This document shows positions 57,530 through 64,000 of a DNA stretch of 64,000 nt, one piece after another. Positions within the stretch are counted from its first letter, which is position 1, and the number at the start of each line of letters is the position of its first letter. A program made the position numbers and the translations under genes. The notes below the pieces were generated by a model. That model was given only the letters and a program-made list of their open reading frames with translations. It searched no databases and was not told the origin of the DNA. Source of the stretch: the human T2T-CHM13v2.0 reference genome, Homo sapiens; NCBI RefSeq assembly GCF_009914755.1, contig NC_060926.1; one strand, written 5' to 3'.

Positions 57530-57945
57530 ACACCTGGACTAATACTTCAATGTAGAGAATATTAACAAGTCAAGAACACTCTGAAGAGAGCAACTAACTG
57601 GTAAACAACTAGCTAATAATATTTACTGAGCATTTTAATTGGCCACCTATAAATTCATTTTATTCTCACAGGAGACCTCTTAGGGCGGTACTATTAATAT
57701 CACCACGTTCGAATTAGGAAACTAAAGAACAGAGAAGTTAAGCGACTTGTGCAACGTCACACAGCTAGTAAGTGATAAAGCTGAGATTGAAACCAAATTA
57801 TGGTCAAATCCCAACTTCTTAATCAATATACAATACTGCCTCCCTAATAAGATCAGTAAAGATCTATAAAAGTGTGTTTTATGAGGAATTATTGAGGGAA
57901 CTAAAACTGTTTAACTTGGAAAACAAAATACTTTAGGGGGAAAAG
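57530..57945 (+). mobile_element. CR1/L3 3' fragment interrupted by a MIR
   Basis: ATTAACAAGTCAAGAACACTCTGAAGAGAGCAAC before the MIR and TATGAGGAATTATTGAGGGAACTAAAACTGTTTAACTTGGA (YEE.L.EL.LF.LE) after it. Confidence 0.6.
57600..57845 (-). mobile_element. MIR SINE
   Basis: TAATATTTACTGAGCA...AGGAAACTAAAGAACAGAGAAGTTAAGCGACTTGTGCAACGTCACACAGCTAGTAAGTG. Confidence 0.88.
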
Positions 57946-59099
57946 AAGAGTAAAAAAAGATATTTTCCAAGACACACTGAAAATCAGACCTGAGAGAGGT
58001 CCAGGGTCAGCTCCTCTCTATTGATGTGATGCCTCTAATTGTGTAACGTCTTTGAACTTGAACATCTCTGGAAAAATCTTAACAGCAAAATTCCTTATCC
58101 CTAAAACAAAGGAAAAGAGAGAAATGTAAGTTTTAATAGGTACCATCCTCAAGAATTTTGGGAGAGGACTGAATTCTAACAGGCAAATGTAACTAAGTAT
58201 AGAGTATCAATGATAATCAGAAAATTGGCATTTTGTTTATATGTTTTGTTCTCCTATATATTCAAAATATGTGTGGTGGTCCCAGGAGTCCAAGCACTTC
58301 TCGTTGCCTTGCAGGATTTCTGGGCATCCAGGACTGAGCATGATGGTCCTTGGTGTGTTGGCCAAGGTGATGGTGGCCTTGGGGCCTCTAGTTACACACT
58401 GACCTTGCTGTATGTACATCTGCATCAGAAGTTTTACCTGTCAACCCAGCCAGCCCAATACCACCAGGTAAAACCTCCTGGCAAGCCCGTCCTTATTCCT
58501 TCCAGTTTCCTCATTCCAAGTCCCTATCTTCTCAGAAGGAGAGGATGACATAGCCCATACTACCATCTTTTCAGACCCTCTTTCTTCATCTCTTATGAAA
58601 ACATGCTTTTATGAAAGAGTCTTAGGTCCAATACAGATATGTACAAATTAGTGTGAATGTAAGAAAATTCACTGCTTTTCCTATTGACAGTTTAACTTTG
58701 TAAAATATTTTAAGTAGCTATGGAATTCTACTGTTATCTTTGTAAAATAATCCAAGAATAAGTAAATATTTTAAGTGGAAGAAATATTTTAAGCAGGCAT
58801 TTCTAAATTAAAGTGACCATGTGTGTGTTTGCACATGCAAACAAAAACAATGCTTTAGTTTACCAGCCATACTTTCGAACATATGCATATCTTCATTCCA
58901 TTTTCACTTTAATACAAGGCTTACCCATTAAAGCAGATGTTTAGAAAAGCTAATATCTATTGCAAAATTTTCTAGTGATTACAACCAGGGATTCACATCC
59001 GCAGTAACCTAATCATGAGGAACACTAGGCTCAGGCTTTGAAACCCAATTGTTGAAGGAACACAAGAAGACACATTAAACCACCATAAATTTCACCATC

Positions 59100-60124
59100 A
59101 CCAGCTAATCATGGTGGATTGAACACATTCATTTACCACTTCTCATTCCATAAAATGGCTGCAATGGCATTAAAGGCAGTAAAGACAAAAGATTTAAGCC
59201 AGCAATGTCTTAGACATGTCAACAATAGGAACACATATAGAGATGACGGAAATTGAGAAAGTTGAAAACTAAAAGCCTGCAGAAGTGTTTCTAATGAGAA
59301 GAAGCCAATTCATGCTGCAGAAACCCAGAACTTGGGTATCAGGAATCTTAGAAACTTTTCTGAGGATTGGCTGAAAATCCGATTATAAAGTAGCTTAGAT
59401 ATGAGATCTCCTTCTTCAGCCAGGGTGCTGAGCAACAACCTGTGAGAGGGAAGTTAATTCCTTGGGGAAATTCAATTGAAGAACATCTGGACTTGGGTAT
59501 TATTGAGAACAGGAGGGGGTCAGTGTAGACACAGGACTGGAATAAAGGGGATGATGTGAGTCTATGCCTGATCAGTCAGATCACTAGTCTTTCCCCACTC
59601 AGCTCCTGACACACTGGTTTCAGTCGCCCTCTTCTCCTATGCAAGGGTTAGAGGAATCTCCTGCACAAAGTCTGTATGTCTCCAGAGAAAAGTCCTGCAG
59701 ATATCGAGGTTGTGTGTTCTTCCAAAAAATACCCATCCAATCACCATAAGTGAAACACAAATAGACCACTCCATCATGTAAACAGTGTATCCAATCATTT
59801 TAATGCCTTATTTTCAAACCTGAATAACTGACCAAGCGTCTTAAAACCACTAAAGGCCGGGCGTGGTGGCTCAGGCCTGTAATCCCAGCACTTTGGGAGG
59901 CCGAGGCGGGCGGATAACGAGGTCAGGAGATCAAGACCATCCTGGCTAACATGGTGAAATCCCGTCTCTACTAAAAATACGAAAAATTAGCTGGGCATGA
60001 TGGTGGGCGCCTGTAGTCCCAGCTACTCAGGAGGCTGAGGCAGGAGAATGGTGTGAACCCGCGAGGCAGAGCTTATAGATCGTGCCACTGCACTCCAGCC
60101 TGGGGAGAGAGCGAGACTCCGTCT

Positions 60125-60158
<34 letters not shown>

Positions 60159-61480
60159 GGAAACCACTAAAGTGAAAGGCCAAAAATAAGGTAAGTAAAA
60201 TTTAGAAAGAAAGATAACTGTAAATCAGTAAAAAAAAATATAGAATGGCTGATTACAATATTGAAACTGCAATATTCTCAGAGTAATAAGAGAAGATATT
60301 ACATCTATGAAATATGAACAGGAGGTGAAAGACAGGAATTTGGAATGAGCTCATGGGAATAAATATGATGAATTTTTAAAAGCAAGAGAATAGTTTGAAG
60401 AGCAATTTAATTAAATATTCCAGAAGGCAGAACAAAAGAAAAACTAAAGATGGATAATAGGAGCTAACACATTAAGAAATGAGAAAAAATCTGATGGATT
60501 TTCAGAGAGACCAGAGATACCAAAGGGAAAAGATTTGCAAGGAATTAAATAAATAATATTTTACAGTACACATGCTTCTGGATTTAAAGTGCCCATTGAA
60601 TACCCAGTAAAATGCAAGAAAAATATTTTTACTAAGGCATACTTATGGTAAAAATTAAGAACCTATGAAATAAGCAAAAATCCTAAAAGCTTTCAAAGCA
60701 AAAATAAATGTTGTATATAAAAGAGAAGAAACCATAATGAATGAATTCAATAGCAACACAATAAGCAATAAAATCAACCAAAGTATCTCAAAAATTTTGA
60801 GGGAAAATGAATTTCACCTAAAATTTTATCACCAGCCAAAGTGTTAATTGTGAGAGCAAAATAAAGCCCTTTTCAAATTACACAGTTGCAAAAATATACA
60901 TACAACTGGAGATTCCTTCTTGACACACAACTGGAATATGTCCTCCATCAAAGTAAACTGAAAAAATAGAAGAATCTGAGATTTATTTCACAGAACAGGG
61001 AGGAGAAAGGATTTTTCAGAATATAAGCAAAGGTAAGTTCCAATATTTGGCAGCAGACCAAGAAAAAGACTGGATAAATTCGGAGCAGAAGGATGGAAAT
61101 CTGTAAATAAAAGTTTTGCAGGCAATAACAAAAATTCAAAAAGGGTGAATGGGAAAACTAGGAATTATTACATGTTGCATTGAATATAAATGAGAAGAGT
61201 TTTACAGAGTTGCAGAATTTGTGCAAATTCATGTCCATGCGGTAAAAATATATAAGCAAATGGAAAATCTAGGCATTGTTAATTATAGGAAAAGCAAACA
61301 TTTGCAGGAAAAAGAAGAAATGTAATAACTGTATATTACTCAGCTCAGTGATGAAAATACTTACATATTCATAATAAAGTCAAAACTCAACACTGTTTTA
61401 AACTGGAATTTTACTGTAGCTGCTTTGGAGGATAAGAGGAGGTAAAGTAGTGTTATGTAAAGTCTTCATTACCATTTTAC
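59100..61480 (+). mobile_element. HAL1-like (ORF1-only L1 derivative), interrupted by AluY
   Basis: 5' CATGGTGGATTGAACACA; ORF1 C-terminal AATTTTATCACCAGCCAAA (ILSPAK) near 60825, followed by non-ORF2 3' sequence. Confidence 0.6.
59855..60156 (+). mobile_element. AluY with A31 tail and ~9-bp right-arm deletion
   Basis: AluY diagnostics; GAGCTTATAGATCG lacks TGAGCCGAG; TSD AAACCACTAAA(G) at 59844 and 60161. Confidence 0.96.
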
Positions 61481-62479
61481 ATAAGATAAAGACCTATCCC
61501 CTCCCCACATCAGAAGAAACAAGTAATTGACCAGATCACACCACCATGTGTTTAATTCATTCATGCAAACATTATACAAGATACACATGCTTCCAATTCC
61601 AACATTTTTTTTTTTTTAGAGAAAGACATTTCAGTTCTGACTTTTTATCTACAGGTTATGTTGAAATAAGTACACTAATAACAATAATATGCACTAAGGA
61701 AAATATGGGAAATAAATTTTTAAACACATACATGCAACATTTTTCAGTTTTATCCACAAGCACTCTGCCTGAGGTTAATTTATCTAGCCAGCCATCAGAA
61801 TACTAGATCAATACTATAGTAAAACTTCAAGGAGCAATTTATTAGCAATAGGATGCTGGGTGCACCTAGCAACCTGCAGTTGTGACCATCTTTCTCAGGT
61901 GTTTTTGATACTTAGAGCCACCTTTGTGTATCTTGGACTTATGCCAAGGTAATTCCATGAGGTGGTTTTAAAACCTTTCCTAGTGAAGCCTGCTGGGCTG
62001 TCTACAGAGAATGATTCATAGGTCATTTGCACTCTTTATGTGTAGATGGAACAACTTTCTTTTAAAGGCATTTCCTCATATTTATCCTTTTGGAAGTTCA
62101 TATGCCAATTTTCTGCCCACTGACACAGGTTTTTGAAATATTTCTGCGGCTGGCATTTCACTGTCTGGCATTTCAGTATCTGTGAACTCACTCCCCAGAT
62201 CATTTATAACACTTTAAAATGAGCCCGGTACCCACACCACGCTTTGGAGAAACTCACTAATTAATAACAGTATAGAAATCCCATCCCACCTTACTCCCCA
62301 TTCCTCTCGCTGTGTCTCTAACCCAGGTCCTTGTGCAAGTCACATGAGACTGCTCAAGCCTATGTAGATGCTCTGATCAATTTTTCATAAGTTTATGAAC
62401 TTACATCATTTTTACGTTTTGGGTTATCCTTTCTTTTTGTCTATACTGCAGCAGGTCATTTTATTATTACTTATTACTG

Positions 62480-62620
62480 TGCCTCTTGTTTGTATGTGAC
62501 AGAAACTCAACTCAAACCAGCTTAAATAGAAAGAGAAGCCGTTGCAGGGATTTAGAAGTATTTCATAGAAACCAGAAGCAGGATTGAAGCCTGGACTCAA
62601 GAAAGACTGGAAACAGGCAT
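62480..62620 (-). mobile_element. MLT1J/K/L-type LTR fragment
   Basis: GTGACAGAAACTCAACTCAAACCAGCTTAA. Confidence 0.65.
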
Positions 62621-63107
62621 TTTATATACCATCATTTCCATTTTCTCCTCTCTGTGAACCATTTTTGTTTTTCTTTCGAAAGAACCATTTTGGCTTCTCT
62701 GGTTCATACAGCAGAGCTGCTTTTCATTTCTTTTTCATGTTGATGAAACATATAAAAGAACAAAATAACACCACTTTTTGTTTTGATTGGATTTTTGTTA
62801 CTAGTGAAGGTGAACTTATTTTCTTATTCTTCTTTATTTTTCTATTAGTAGTTATTTGTAAATTCCCCTTACTTAGGCTATTTCTTCTGCTGAAATATTC
62901 ATAATTTTAATTTCTTTAGAAGAATTTTTTAGGTTTTTAGGATATTAAACCCTTTTCTGTAATACAGATTCCCAGTTTGCTGTTTGTCTCCAGCTTTCTG
63001 TGTAGTATTTGCCATTAAATAACTTTTTATTATTCTTTTTTATTTTAGTATGTACATTTTAGGTTTATCATCTTTTGCCTTTACACAAAACATGTGGCAA
63101 ACTATGC

Positions 63108-64000
63108 TTTTTTATAATTACAACTTTTAAATTAGAAGAAGGGGTACATCACCTTACAAATCTTAGATGAGGGTTTATTACGTGAGTGTATTATGTTATG
63201 TTGAGTTTTAGGTACAAATGATCCCGTCAACCATTTAGTGGTCATAGTATCCAAAGTTTTTTCAACCCATGTCTCCTTCCCTCCTCCCTCCCCTATCAGG
63301 AAGTCCTCAGTGTCTGTCGCTCATCTTTATGTCTATGCGTATTCAATGTCCAGCTCCCATTTATAAGTAAGAACACGTGGTATTTGGTTTTCTGTTCTGA
63401 TGATCATTCACTTAGGATAATGTTCTCCAGCTCCATTCATGTCATTGCAAAGGACATGATGTCATTCTTCTTTATGGCTGTGTAGTATTCCATGGTGTAT
63501 ATGTATCACATTTTCTTTATCCAATCCGCTGTTCATGGGCACCTATATTGATTCTGTGCCTTTGCTATTGGACATACTGCTGCAACAAACATGAGTGCAT
63601 GCGTCTTTTTGACAGAATAAATTATTTAACTCCAGGTATATACTCTGTAGTGAAATTATTGGGTCAAATGGTAGTTTTAAGTTCTTTAAGAAATCTCCAG
63701 ACTACTTTCCACAGTGTCTGAAGTATTTTGCATTCACACCAAGACTGTGTAAGCGTTCCCTTTTCTCTGCAGCCTCACCAACATCTGTTTTTGTTGTTGC
63801 TGTTGTTGTTTTGTTTTGTTTTGTTTTACTTTTTAATAATAGCTATTCTGAATGGTGGGAGACCATATTTTATTGTGGTTTGACTTTTATTTCTCTAATG
63901 ATTAGTGATGTTGAGCACTCTTTTCATGTTTTTTGACCACTTGCACATCTTCTTTTGAAAAGTGTCTGTTATGTCCTTTTCCCATTTTTAAATGGATTAT
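63108..64000 (-). mobile_element. L1PA15/16-like 3' end, continues beyond window
   Basis: AATGATCCCGTCA, CTCCCATTTATAAGTAAGAACA, TTTATGGCTGTGTAGTATTCCATGG, TCTCTAATGATTAGTGATGTTGAGCA. Confidence 0.93.

Noticed and set aside
59855-60156. AluYd assignment because of an internal deletion
   Set aside because: The Yd deletion is in the left arm as I recall it; this ~9-bp loss is in the right arm and looks private.

Overview
AT-rich primate (human-like) genomic DNA, intergenic or deep intronic. I recognise no protein-coding gene, tRNA/rRNA/snRNA gene or processed pseudogene; the ORF-track entries are repeat-derived or chance ORFs. A large fraction is interspersed repeat: about a dozen Alus (J, S, Y, free monomers), L1 3' ends, old L1M/HAL1-like ORF1/ORF2 remnants, two LTR-int-LTR MaLR proviruses (MLT1A0-like, THE1), solo LTRs, MIR, L2, CR1/L3 and hAT MITEs, often nested with readable target-site duplications (TSDs). 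Highlights: (1) a well-preserved AmnSINE1/Deu-domain relic at ~26.9-27.2 kb in a long repeat-poor block, an exapted-enhancer candidate; (2) a minus-strand polypyrimidine/CAG|GTGAGT junction at 22946/22947 resembling a recursive splice site, with other strong minus-strand splice signals nearby; (3) a complex rearrangement scar at 40.8-42.1 kb (LTR split by inversion, fold-back hairpin, locally templated insertion); (4) a candidate TATA/Inr promoter with a short spliced first exon at 48.0-48.9 kb; (5) a perfect DR4 nuclear-receptor element at 56031. Repeat names come from remembered consensus sequences, not a RepeatMasker/Dfam run, and boundaries of old repeats are approximate.
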